From the NCBI GenBank assembly GCA_039179795.1, contig JBCDEM010000001.1, positions 567,045 through 631,044 of the forward strand: a stretch of 64,000 nt of DNA. The letters are read 5' to 3'. This DNA is from Planctomycetota bacterium. Its GTDB lineage: Bacteria > Planctomycetota > Planctomycetia > Pirellulales > Pirellulaceae. Positions 9,425-18,462 of this stretch are shown piece after piece. The notes under the pieces are model-generated. The model worked only from the letters and a program-made list of their open reading frames with translations, was not told where the DNA came from and did not search any database. The stretch's first letter is position 1, and each line of letters opens with the position of its first letter. The translations under genes and the position numbers were made by a program.

Positions 9425-11112
9425 TCATTGATTTCGTGGGCAATCTTCTGTCGAACCGCCACGTTGACTTGTCGATTGGTAACGACTTCGAGGATGATCG
9501 TCTGCCTATCATCCAGAGCCGTCTGATACGCATCAATAAATGACTGCTGATCATTCAAAAGCTGATAGGGAATTCCGAACATTCTTGCCGCATCCCCAAA
9601 ACGAAATGAATGAGGCGTGGCAAAGTACCGTTCAAAGTGCTCGGAATCATGGATCGGCAACAAGTCAAAGATGTGTCCTGCTTGATTGTTGACAATTAGC
9701 ACGATCATCGGCCATCGAGAACGCGCGATCAGTGCGAGAGAATTAAGATCGTGCAGCGCCGACAGATCACCGAGAACGATGGTGGTCATCTGCCGCAAGC
9801 CTTCAGCGAAACCGGTCGCGGTTGCCATCAAACCATCGATGCCACTTGCGCCCCGATTTGCAGTGATGTTCCGGATCTGATTCTGTGTCGGAAGACCGTA
9901 CCAATCCATGTCTCGAATCGGTGTGCTGTTGCCAAGGAAGAGACCTGTTTCAATCGGACACATTTGACCGATTGCATGGGCGATGGCTGGCTCGTTCAAG
10001 CGGGCCGTCGAAGACAACGCTCGTCGAACCGCCTGCCGCCGCGACTGATCCGCGTTCTCCCAAGCCGCCAGAAAGTCGGGTGCTGTCTGGGCTCCAACAA
10101 CACGTTGGTCGATGTCCGTGATTGGCATCCATTTCTCTTCAAGACTCACCCCAGCGGGATTGATGGTCTGTCCAGTCGGTGTGAGATGCAACATGCGGAC
10201 AGGTTTATTCTTGAGATTTCCAATCCACTGAAACCAAGACTTTGAAACAATCCGGCCACCTAAATGCACCACATTATCTGGCTGCGGTAAATCGAACTGT
10301 TTCGGAACTTCAAATGAGCCAGCACCGACACCACTTGTAACATCGCTGAGCAGTGGGCACTGGAGTTGACGAGCCAAGCTTATCGCTGATTCAGCCTCCT
10401 CTGGGCGGCAACTTCCTAAAGCGATCAACGTGTTACCACTCAATTCAAATCCGGCGGATGGATTCTTGTCGCCCGAGGGGAGAGGCGTTGGAGATTCTCC
10501 CACGAACCCTTTGGGGGTGATCGTTGCGCCGGCACGGCTGTCTGTTTGGAATGCCGGAGACGAAATCGTAAACGGTTCACGAAACATCCAATTGACGTGA
10601 ACGGGACCATGTGAAGACTGCTTAAAAGCCTCCTGTAGTTGAAGCGTCAAATAGTCGATTCGCTGCTCATCACAATTGTCGGTTTGATCCGGGAAAGACA
10701 AATCATCCGGCACGGGGAGGTGAACGAACGAACGTGGATAGCTGCCAAATATTTCCCGTTGCTCGATTGTTTGATTCGCGCCCGTGCCACGCAGCTCGTC
10801 CGGTCGATCTGCCGTGAAGAGCAACAGTGGAACGCCTTCCATTGCAGCTTCAATGACTGCAGGAAACGCATTGGCAACGGCGGTTCCTGACGTGCAAATG
10901 AAGACTCCCGGCGATCCGGTCGCGCGGCCAAAACCCAAGGCGGCGAATGCCAATCCGCGTTCATCGAAGTGCTGGATAACGATCGCGTCATTTCGCGCGG
11001 CCACGGCGAGCGTGAGCGGTGTGCATCTAGAACCGGGTGCTACGAAGAAATGATCGATGCCATTTCGAAGACAGCAATCGATCGCCGCACTTGTCCAGAT
11101 CGCATCGAGCAC
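9403..11112 (-). CDS. menD: SEPHCHC synthase (ThDP-dependent)
   Basis: APGSRCTPL, DERGLAF, CTSGTAVAN, TADRP, ANRGASGIDG, GDLSALHDLN. Confidence 0.97.
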   Translation of the reverse strand: MLDAIWTSAAIDCCLRNGIDHFFVAPGSRCTPLTLAVAARNDAIVIQHFDERGLAFAALGFGRATGSPGVFICTSGTAVANAFPAVIEAAMEGVPLLLFTADRPDELRGTGANQTIEQREIFGSYPRSFVHLPVPDDLSFPDQTDNCDEQRIDYLTLQLQEAFKQSSHGPVHVNWMFREPFTISSPAFQTDSRAGATITPKGFVGESPTPLPSGDKNPSAGFELSGNTLIALGSCRPEEAESAISLARQLQCPLLSDVTSGVGAGSFEVPKQFDLPQPDNVVHLGGRIVSKSWFQWIGNLKNKPVRMLHLTPTGQTINPAGVSLEEKWMPITDIDQRVVGAQTAPDFLAAWENADQSRRQAVRRALSSTARLNEPAIAHAIGQMCPIETGLFLGNSTPIRDMDWYGLPTQNQIRNITANRGASGIDGLMATATGFAEGLRQMTTIVLGDLSALHDLNSLALIARSRWPMIVLIVNNQAGHIFDLLPIHDSEHFERYFATPHSFRFGDAARMFGIPYQLLNDQQSFIDAYQTALDDRQTIILEVVTNRQVNVAVRQKIAHEINECSKRCD

Positions 11113-11160
11113 TTCAACGTTCCAATGACCGACCCGGCAGAAATTGTCTGGCCGTATAAA

Positions 11161-12492
11161 CTATCGACCCAGAACTTCGATAAAGTCCTGAATCTTATTC
11201 TCGACCTCCTGCCATTCTTCGTCGGGATCCGATCCGCGAACGATTCCGGCCCCGGAATATAGCGTGAGCGTCTTGCCATCGACGAGCCCGGATCGAATGG
11301 CGACCGCGAATTGGGCTTCGTCGGAACTGACCCAACCAACGGGTGCCGCATACCAACCGCGGTCAAACGGTTCGATCCGAGAGATTTCGGGCAACGCGTT
11401 GTCAGTCGGGTAGCCACCCACAGCTGGCGTCGGATGCAACCTCTGCAGCAACATTCCGTCATCGACACCTGACTTTAACGTGCCTTGAACGTTGGACCGA
11501 AGATGCTGTTTGTTAGCCAACCGAAGAATTGATGCCCGCGAATCGACATCGAGGTGCTCGACAAACTTGTGCAGTTTTTGGCGGATACTCTTTCGGACGA
11601 TGTCGTGCTCACGCTGATCCTTGTCACTTGTCAGCAACTCGATGGCAAGTTGCTCATCTTCGCTCGCTGTCTTGCCTCGCATTCGCGTCCCGGCAACGAC
11701 TTCACTTTCTAGTCGATCACCGCAACGTTTGAAGAGTCGTTCAGGTGTTGCACCAACAAAAGCACTACCAGCTCCGAAATCAAAACAGAAAACAAAACAG
11801 TCGTACGTCGTCTTATCGAGCTTGGCGGCTAAGGCGACGGGATCGAGTACTTCAGCGAATGCTACTTTTGTTTTCCTTGATAAGACGATCTTCTCGAGCA
11901 CTTCCGCTCTTATCAAGGAAAGAGCTTCGTCGATGCGAGACTGCCATCCTTCGAACGTTGGTTGATAACTGGTTGATTCCGGTGCGGGGATATCATCGGC
12001 GAATGCTTCAACGGCCGGTTGAAAACGCAAAAGATCATCACGGGCACTGGCGACATCTTCTGGCGACATAATCGCTAACGAGAGCACACCATCCTGCAAT
12101 TGAAGTCTCGGCACGACGAACCGACCCGCACCAAACGAATCCCAAGAATCGTTCCCGTTGAAAGAGAACCCGCCGTAGAATCGGAGCCGCTTATTGTCAG
12201 CGATCACATTTCGGCACTGAGCGAGGATCGACGCAGCATCGCCGCCCGATTCCATCGTGACAACCGCCGCTGTGCCCAGCCCAAAGCTGATTCGTTCTTT
12301 GGCTCGCTCAGACCAAGTGATCCGGTTTTCGCAGACATTTGCTTGCAGCAATCGCCAGCCGTCCAAGTCAGATGCCGCCACTTCCAGCACATGCGGAAAC
12401 GACTGCCCGACGATGGACATTTCATCGAGACGACTCAGAAGTGCCTGAAAATGAGTCGATGTCGGTTCGCTGCTTATCCTGGTGTCCATCAT
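11161..12492 (-). CDS. menF: Isochorismate synthase
   Basis: KIVLSR, GATPERL, AGTR, KDQREH, LHPTPAVGG, RGWYAAP, YSGAGIV; first gene of the men operon. Start may be at 12425. Confidence 0.93.
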   Translation of the reverse strand: MMDTRISSEPTSTHFQALLSRLDEMSIVGQSFPHVLEVAASDLDGWRLLQANVCENRITWSERAKERISFGLGTAAVVTMESGGDAASILAQCRNVIADNKRLRFYGGFSFNGNDSWDSFGAGRFVVPRLQLQDGVLSLAIMSPEDVASARDDLLRFQPAVEAFADDIPAPESTSYQPTFEGWQSRIDEALSLIRAEVLEKIVLSRKTKVAFAEVLDPVALAAKLDKTTYDCFVFCFDFGAGSAFVGATPERLFKRCGDRLESEVVAGTRMRGKTASEDEQLAIELLTSDKDQREHDIVRKSIRQKLHKFVEHLDVDSRASILRLANKQHLRSNVQGTLKSGVDDGMLLQRLHPTPAVGGYPTDNALPEISRIEPFDRGWYAAPVGWVSSDEAQFAVAIRSGLVDGKTLTLYSGAGIVRGSDPDEEWQEVENKIQDFIEVLGR

Positions 12493-12676
12493 CCACTCAA
12501 CAGTACCGGATAACCGCCGTTCAAACGTCTCTTAGGGCGGCCGATCATTCCGAAGGAAGTCTCTCGTCGTGGCAGACTAATCAAGGGTTGGGGTCTTTTG
12601 GCCCCTCGCGGAGACCGAAGTCTGACATAACTCGCGATATCTGCCCAGATTACGTCAAAATGGACAGCTCAGATTT

Positions 12677-12699
12677 GAAAAGGCACCCAATGCCTTTTC
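12677..12699. terminator. Possible bidirectional intrinsic terminator
   Basis: GAAAAGGCA-CCCAA-TGCCTTTTC perfect 9-bp inverted repeat with A/T tracts on both ends. Confidence 0.5.
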
Positions 12700-12736
12700 T
12701 CTTCCCACTCATTCAAACCGGTTGTGTGTGCCCGGC

Positions 12737-13000
12737 TTAACCCTCTGGTTGCCCGTAAATATCCAAAACTGACCGGATTTGCCCTGTGACCTGGAGCTCG
12801 CTGCGGGCACGATCAAAATCGAGGGCTCCGCACAGACAACTGTCCGGGAAACTCCGAGTTCCAGGACTGTCAAGTTTCAATCGCTCAATTCGGTCTGTGT
12901 GCCCTACGTTGACCGGTACGCCTCGCGCTGAGTATCGAGGATTAAAGGACTGATCTGTCCCGTGTTGCCGTAACTTCTTTTGAAGATCGATACGTGGCAT
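12737..13000 (-). CDS. Questionable 87-aa orphan ORF
   Basis: Fills an otherwise empty gap and is followed 38 nt downstream by the terminator-like hairpin; no recognisable motif. Confidence 0.25.
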   Translation of the reverse strand: MPRIDLQKKLRQHGTDQSFNPRYSARGVPVNVGHTDRIERLKLDSPGTRSFPDSCLCGALDFDRARSELQVTGQIRSVLDIYGQPEG

Positions 13001-13194
13001 TGATAGATGGAAGTACTAGTAGGTCATGCTCCGCATGACGACAAAATGGATCTGCGTTGCCCCTTGCAAAGTGTTTCGACGCTTCTTGGGTAGCTTCCGG
13101 CGTGACTTTGCGAGCGCTGCGCTTTTGAACTAACTTGAGATGACCGTTGAAATCCGATCATCCCCGCAGCCCAATCATTAGCGAAATTGAATTC

Positions 13195-14886
13195 ATGTCT
13201 TTCTTGATCCGTTCGATCTGTGCTTGTTTGTTCTGCTCGGTTCACACGGTAGCTTGGGCAGCCGATCGCCCGAATGTTCTCTTCATAGCCGTGGATGACT
13301 TGCGGCCAGAAATAGCAAGTTTCGGTGCGCCCGCAATGGTGACGCCGAATCTCGATCGTTTGGCGTCGAGAGGGATCCGATTCAATCGGGCGTACTGCAT
13401 GGTTCCGACGTGTGGTGCATCCCGGGCGTCATTGATGACTGGCATTCGTCCGGCCAAGAATCGCTTCGTTAGCTACACGGCTCGAGCTGACGAAGACGCG
13501 CCAGATGCAACGACACTGAATACGCACTTCAAGCAGCATGGCTATCGAACCATTTCACTTGGAAAAGTCTTTCACTTTCCCGCAGACAATCGTGATGGGT
13601 GGAGCGAACCACCAAGTCGTCCGAGAGCCAGTCAATACGCGACCGACGCTTCGATTAAGGCCACGGTAAAGGATCGAAAGGGACGAGCTCGCGGGCCGTC
13701 TTGGGAGGACGGTGGCGATGTTTCGGATGCGACGTACACCGACGGGAAAATCGCGAACGAAGCAATCACGCGACTGAAGGAACTGGCCGTAGACGAAAAA
13801 CCCTTCTTTCTGGCCGTTGGATTCACCAAGCCGCATCTGCCATTCGTTGCACCGGGAGCCTATTTTGATCGCTATCCGGTAGCGGACGTGAAAATGCCAC
13901 AGAACTACTTTCCACCGAAGGATGCGCCGGAAGGAGCTGTTCACAGTTTTGGTGAGTTGCGCAGTTATTCGGATATTCCCAAGACAGGTATCCTCTCCGA
14001 AGCCAAAGCGAAGGAGCTGATTCGTGGGTATCAAGCTGCAACAAGTTACACCGACTCGAATCTTGGACGTCTGCTTGACGCCTACGATGAACTCGGACTC
14101 GACCAGAACACCATCATCGTCCTATGGGGTGATCACGGTTGGAACTTGGGCGAGCACACGATGTGGTGCAAGCACAGCTGCTTCGAAACTTCGTTGCGGT
14201 CTCCACTTATCTTCGTAACGCCCGAATCCATGAAGCTACCGGCGAATCAAGTTTCAAACGGATTGGTCGAGTTCATTGACGTCTACCCAACGCTGTGTGA
14301 GCTCACCCATTTGCCCTTGCCAGCACAACTTGATGGCGAATCACTCGTTCCGATTCTCCGTGATGCCAGTGTCTCGCTAAAAGACGCCGCCATTAGCCGT
14401 TTCAAGAACGGAGACACCATTCGGACGGATCAGTTTCGATACACGATTTACCGAGACAATCGAGGTGGAGTAACCGGCCACATGCTGTATGACCACGAAG
14501 CCGATCCGGATGAAAACATCAATATTGCTGATGATCCGAAATACGTTGATGTCGTGAAAGCCCTTGCCAAGCAGTTGAACGCTTCGATGGGCAAACCAAA
14601 TGGATTGAGTTCGACGGATGGATCCGATCAATCCGGTTCAACACCGATTCGTTTTGTGAACGAGCTGAATCTGGATGACGATCAAAAGCCGAAGTTTCTC
14701 GCGGTCCAGAAGTCGATGAACGAGAAGTGGTCGAAGTTGAAGACGCTGCCTGAAGGTCAACGCGCTCAGGAGCGAAAGAGTTTGCTTGCTTCTCGTAATG
14801 CACAACTAAAGAAGATTCTTACGGGCGAACAATTCAAGATGTATCTTGAATTGCGGGCGAAACGCAATGAGCAAAACAATCGATAG
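13195..14886 (+). CDS. Secreted sulfatase (iduronate-2-sulfatase-like S1 family) with C-terminal LTXXQ-like helical tail
   Basis: Signal peptide; RPNVLFIAVDDLR, CGASRASLMTG (formylglycine site), GKVFH, KPHLPF, GDHGW, WCKH. Start set at ATG 13195. Confidence 0.92.
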   Translation: MSFLIRSICACLFCSVHTVAWAADRPNVLFIAVDDLRPEIASFGAPAMVTPNLDRLASRGIRFNRAYCMVPTCGASRASLMTGIRPAKNRFVSYTARADEDAPDATTLNTHFKQHGYRTISLGKVFHFPADNRDGWSEPPSRPRASQYATDASIKATVKDRKGRARGPSWEDGGDVSDATYTDGKIANEAITRLKELAVDEKPFFLAVGFTKPHLPFVAPGAYFDRYPVADVKMPQNYFPPKDAPEGAVHSFGELRSYSDIPKTGILSEAKAKELIRGYQAATSYTDSNLGRLLDAYDELGLDQNTIIVLWGDHGWNLGEHTMWCKHSCFETSLRSPLIFVTPESMKLPANQVSNGLVEFIDVYPTLCELTHLPLPAQLDGESLVPILRDASVSLKDAAISRFKNGDTIRTDQFRYTIYRDNRGGVTGHMLYDHEADPDENINIADDPKYVDVVKALAKQLNASMGKPNGLSSTDGSDQSGSTPIRFVNELNLDDDQKPKFLAVQKSMNEKWSKLKTLPEGQRAQERKSLLASRNAQLKKILTGEQFKMYLELRAKRNEQNNR

Positions 14887-14994
14887 CCAGTCGGGCGGAC
14901 GTTTCGCCGTCGGTCGCTTCGCAGTAGGAGTGCCTTTTGGCTTCATTGAGATCGTAGAGCGATCGGATACCTATGCTTCCGCTTCATTCCGATC

Positions 14995-15023
14995 CGTCAC
15001 GGATGACGTTTGCATCCGTGACG
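14995..15023. terminator. Hairpin between convergent genes
   Basis: CGTCACGGATG-N7-CATCCGTGACG, 11-bp perfect stem between the sulfatase and LysM gene stops; no clear U-tract. Confidence 0.45.
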
Positions 15024-15044
15024 AGATCGTACTCTTCGTCAAGG

Positions 15045-16148
15045 TCACGGCGTTGCGTTTGTTGATCGTTGCGCCACCAGCGAGGGCACTTTGATGACAC
15101 TGCCACCCTGAAACGCTTCGGGATTCTTGAGGCCATTCAACTCAAGGACTTGAGCAAGATCGACTTTTAATTCGGTGTCGATCGCGTGTACTAACCACTC
15201 CGGATTGATGGAATCAGCTAGTCGGAGATCGGATTGAACGACGAGGGTTTGCCCATCTTTCACGTTTGCATCGCTTTCTAGACGGTTGATCAGTCTGAGA
15301 TCAGCGGCAGATGTCCGGTAAGCTTTCGCGATCGAATCCAGCGTGTCGCCTTTCGTAACACGATGCGTTCTTCGAACGTAATCGTTGGCATTAAAAGAAG
15401 GCTTTCGTCCTGCTGGTGCATACATCACGACGTAGCAAGAGAGTCCAAAACGACCCACCTCCATCACGACTGGAACGCGAATTTTTCGCCAGGTGAGATC
15501 CTCGTCCTTTTCAATCGAGTTGAGTGTTTTGAGTGTGGCCTCGTCCGTCTGATACAGGTCAGCAAGGAATGAAAGCGTTTCTCCTGGCAAGATTCGATGC
15601 GTCAGTTCAACACATACGGGCAGCTCTTGATCCCGATCTTCAAAATCCATTAATGGGTGAAGCATGCGAAGCTCTCTTTCCGTCAGGCCATTTTTCTTTG
15701 CGAAATCCGCAAGTGATTGATCTTTGCCAAGCGTTTTCAATTCGACGGGACCCAAGAATCGTGATAACAATTGGCTCGCCATCGTTTGCCACATGTCATC
15801 CATCATGAGGACGCCGTCGGTTTTGTAGTCCCCGATACGCACTTGTCTCATTGTCGTCGGCTCATCACGTCGTGTGCGACGAGCGCGTTGGTCCTCGCCG
15901 CGGTTGACGAGCGAATCGATTCGAAACTCGACGCGATTGGGTTGGCCGGGTGCACCCGGAACTTGGATGATTTTGACCGGTGAATCTGGAGCGTTGATAT
16001 CCAATTCCTTCCCATCAAGCGTTGTGATCCTTGTCTTCACGGAACTGCCCGTCTGTGGATCTTGAAGCGTTTGCTCTTGCGCATTGAGCGTGCTACAGAT
16101 TGGAAGTTGGCAGCAGATTCCTAGAAAAAGAATTCTTGGCAGTTTCAT
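15045..16148 (-). CDS. Secreted LysM-repeat protein
   Basis: Signal peptide from MKLPRILFLG (ATG 16148); canonical LysM units THRILPGETLSFLADLY... and THRVTKGDTLDSIAKAY..., plus two degenerate ones. Confidence 0.85.
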   Translation of the reverse strand: MKLPRILFLGICCQLPICSTLNAQEQTLQDPQTGSSVKTRITTLDGKELDINAPDSPVKIIQVPGAPGQPNRVEFRIDSLVNRGEDQRARRTRRDEPTTMRQVRIGDYKTDGVLMMDDMWQTMASQLLSRFLGPVELKTLGKDQSLADFAKKNGLTERELRMLHPLMDFEDRDQELPVCVELTHRILPGETLSFLADLYQTDEATLKTLNSIEKDEDLTWRKIRVPVVMEVGRFGLSCYVVMYAPAGRKPSFNANDYVRRTHRVTKGDTLDSIAKAYRTSAADLRLINRLESDANVKDGQTLVVQSDLRLADSINPEWLVHAIDTELKVDLAQVLELNGLKNPEAFQGGSVIKVPSLVAQRSTNATP

Positions 16149-16356
16149 ATCGAGTTCCTCGTGTTTTCGGTTGATCTTATGGGGATCATTGAGCGTTGAA
16201 GTCCCGTCGAAGATTTCATGCGTCAGCGGCGGAATCGACCCTTCACGTTTTTTGTATTTCTTCTCCGAATTGTTCTGACGTCTGAGGGGTTTCCCTGACA
16301 AACGCCGCATGTATTCTTGAAACCCAGCAAGAAGAGCGACTGAATTGAGGGAAGCT

Positions 16357-18417
16357 ATGCCAACACTTGAGGAGATAGAGTCTCTGTTTCACGAGGTGCG
16401 ATGCCTTGACCCAGCAGAGCGGGAGTCTTTTCTGAAGTCGCGTTGTGGTGACAACGATGCACTCTTTCATCGCCTGTCCGTCATGTTGAAGCTGGATTCG
16501 GAGGACCATGCTGTCCTAGACGATTTAACGAGGGCAAGCACGGCAGTTGAATCAGAACGAGCAACCCCATCTGACAAGCCCGTCGAAAAAGTAAGAGTCC
16601 TTCCCAGTGGGGCCAAGATCGATCATTTCACGATTGTTCGTGAGATCGGCCGCGGCGGCATGGGGATTGTCTACGAAGCCCACCAGCAGACGCCGATTGA
16701 GAGGCGCGTCGCCATCAAGGTGATGCAGCAACAGGCAGTTCGAAGTGTTGAGCTTGAAAGACGTTTCATCCAAGAAAAGCGGGCCCTTTCTCGACTGCAA
16801 CACCCAAACATCACGACGATCTTCGATGCGGGTGTCGATCTGCAGGGACATCTCTATTTCGTCATGGAATTTATCGATGGGATGGAGGTAACGGAATTCG
16901 CCGATGCCCAACAGTTGACGATTTTGCAACGCATTGAAATGGCCGAGCAAATATGCCGCGCGATTCATCATGCGCATCAACGAGGCATCCTGCATCTCGA
17001 TATCAAGCCGAGCAATCTTCTGGTTCATGAAATGGATGATGGACAGACTCCGAAAGTGATCGACTTCGGGATCTCGGAAGCCATCCAAGCCATTGAGTCA
17101 ATTCCGCATCAGGGCAAGCCGTCGCGAGATTCAGATTTGCTTAATGACCAGGATGGCGATTCGTTCAAGCAAGTCGAAAGATCACCGTCCGTTGCAACAA
17201 CGAATGCCGAAGACCTTGTCACCAAAAGCAAAAGCGATGGGCCACGCGGCGCCGTCGGGACACCTTGCTACATGAGTCCAGAACATCTTCGGATGGTTCC
17301 TGGGGAGCTCGATGTGCGGGCGGATGTATTTTCCTTGGGTGTTGTTCTGTATGAGTTGGCTGTGGGAACGTGTCCGTTGAGACGTAAGGATGCTGATCGC
17401 GGCGGCTGGCGTGAGGTAGTGGATGCGATTCGAGACTGCAATTGGACACAACCGATTGATCGCTGGCGGGAATACGGCGATGAGGAGACAGCGAGCTTCG
17501 CTGAGAAACGATCCATGAAGCCCCGTGAAATAGAGCGTGTGTTAAACGGTGAGTTTGGTGCGATTGTCGCTAAGTGCATCCACAAAGACCCAGACAATCG
17601 CTACGAGAGTGCTGCGGCGCTCGCTCGTGACCTAAGTGCTTTTTTGGAATCACGGCCTTTGGATGCGATGCCGCTAACGCTGCGGTATCAAACGGCCAAG
17701 TTGTATCAACGAAATCGCCTATCGTTTTCAGCAGCTGCAATGTTGGCCGCTTTGGTGTTGGTGATCTCTGTTGTGACAACGTGGCTTGCATACAAGAACG
17801 ATCGTCTTCGAAGTCTTGCCGATCGACGGGCCGTTCAATTGCAGGCGAGAGAAACACAACTCGCAACTGCGAATCAGGGGCTCAAGTTAGCTCTCGATCG
17901 AGCCGTCACGGCAGAGAAAGAGGTGAGATCCAACTTGGAGGAGAAGCGACGGGCAGCTGCCATTGAGAGAGCAGGGAGTCGCTATGCGTTGCAACGAGCT
18001 TCTATCGCATCCGACAACTCAACCGTCCCTTCACAAGGACAGCCTACGCCGGCTGAACAGAACCCATTGGCAGCACGGAGTGATCTCCAGCAATTGCCGA
18101 GACTCGACGATTTCCTGGAGCTAGCGAATCAAGTCGATCCGTCCTCAACTCCTCAGATGTTTAGCTTTGGAGGGATTCCCGTCCAGATCTCCAATTCGTC
18201 CGCCGAGGTTTCCATCGTGACGACCCCCTTAACACCTCAAGGAAAAACGTTGGAGGCTGGTATTCCAACAGATGCCTACCTCGCGGCGTTGATCGAGTTT
18301 TCAGGCGGCCGCATCGAGGAGTTGCAGTCGATGGTCGCCGATGAACTGCGTGATGAGTTTGGTGAAACGCACGAGATCTATCAGGAGTTCCTGCGATCTA
18401 TCGAGACGTCACGTTAG
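16357..18417 (+). CDS. Membrane-anchored Hanks-type Ser/Thr protein kinase
   Basis: IGRGGMGIVY, VAIK, HLDIKPSN, DFG, GTPCYMSPE, DVFSLG; TM LSFSAAAMLAALVLVISVVTTWLAY, then a coiled coil. Confidence 0.95.
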   Translation: MPTLEEIESLFHEVRCLDPAERESFLKSRCGDNDALFHRLSVMLKLDSEDHAVLDDLTRASTAVESERATPSDKPVEKVRVLPSGAKIDHFTIVREIGRGGMGIVYEAHQQTPIERRVAIKVMQQQAVRSVELERRFIQEKRALSRLQHPNITTIFDAGVDLQGHLYFVMEFIDGMEVTEFADAQQLTILQRIEMAEQICRAIHHAHQRGILHLDIKPSNLLVHEMDDGQTPKVIDFGISEAIQAIESIPHQGKPSRDSDLLNDQDGDSFKQVERSPSVATTNAEDLVTKSKSDGPRGAVGTPCYMSPEHLRMVPGELDVRADVFSLGVVLYELAVGTCPLRRKDADRGGWREVVDAIRDCNWTQPIDRWREYGDEETASFAEKRSMKPREIERVLNGEFGAIVAKCIHKDPDNRYESAAALARDLSAFLESRPLDAMPLTLRYQTAKLYQRNRLSFSAAAMLAALVLVISVVTTWLAYKNDRLRSLADRRAVQLQARETQLATANQGLKLALDRAVTAEKEVRSNLEEKRRAAAIERAGSRYALQRASIASDNSTVPSQGQPTPAEQNPLAARSDLQQLPRLDDFLELANQVDPSSTPQMFSFGGIPVQISNSSAEVSIVTTPLTPQGKTLEAGIPTDAYLAALIEFSGGRIEELQSMVADELRDEFGETHEIYQEFLRSIETSR

Positions 18418-18462
18418 TGTGGACGTTGAACAGATGGTAAGCGTCGGCCGTGGAAGCCGCAC

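Noticed and set aside
16149-16310. Long N-terminal extension of the LysM ORF in the ORF track (similar cases at 2326-2508, 5947-6054, 35739-35846, 39459-39527, 50167-50334)
   Set aside because: Downstream starts give proper signal peptides, family N-termini or stop/start coupling, so the extensions are probably not translated.
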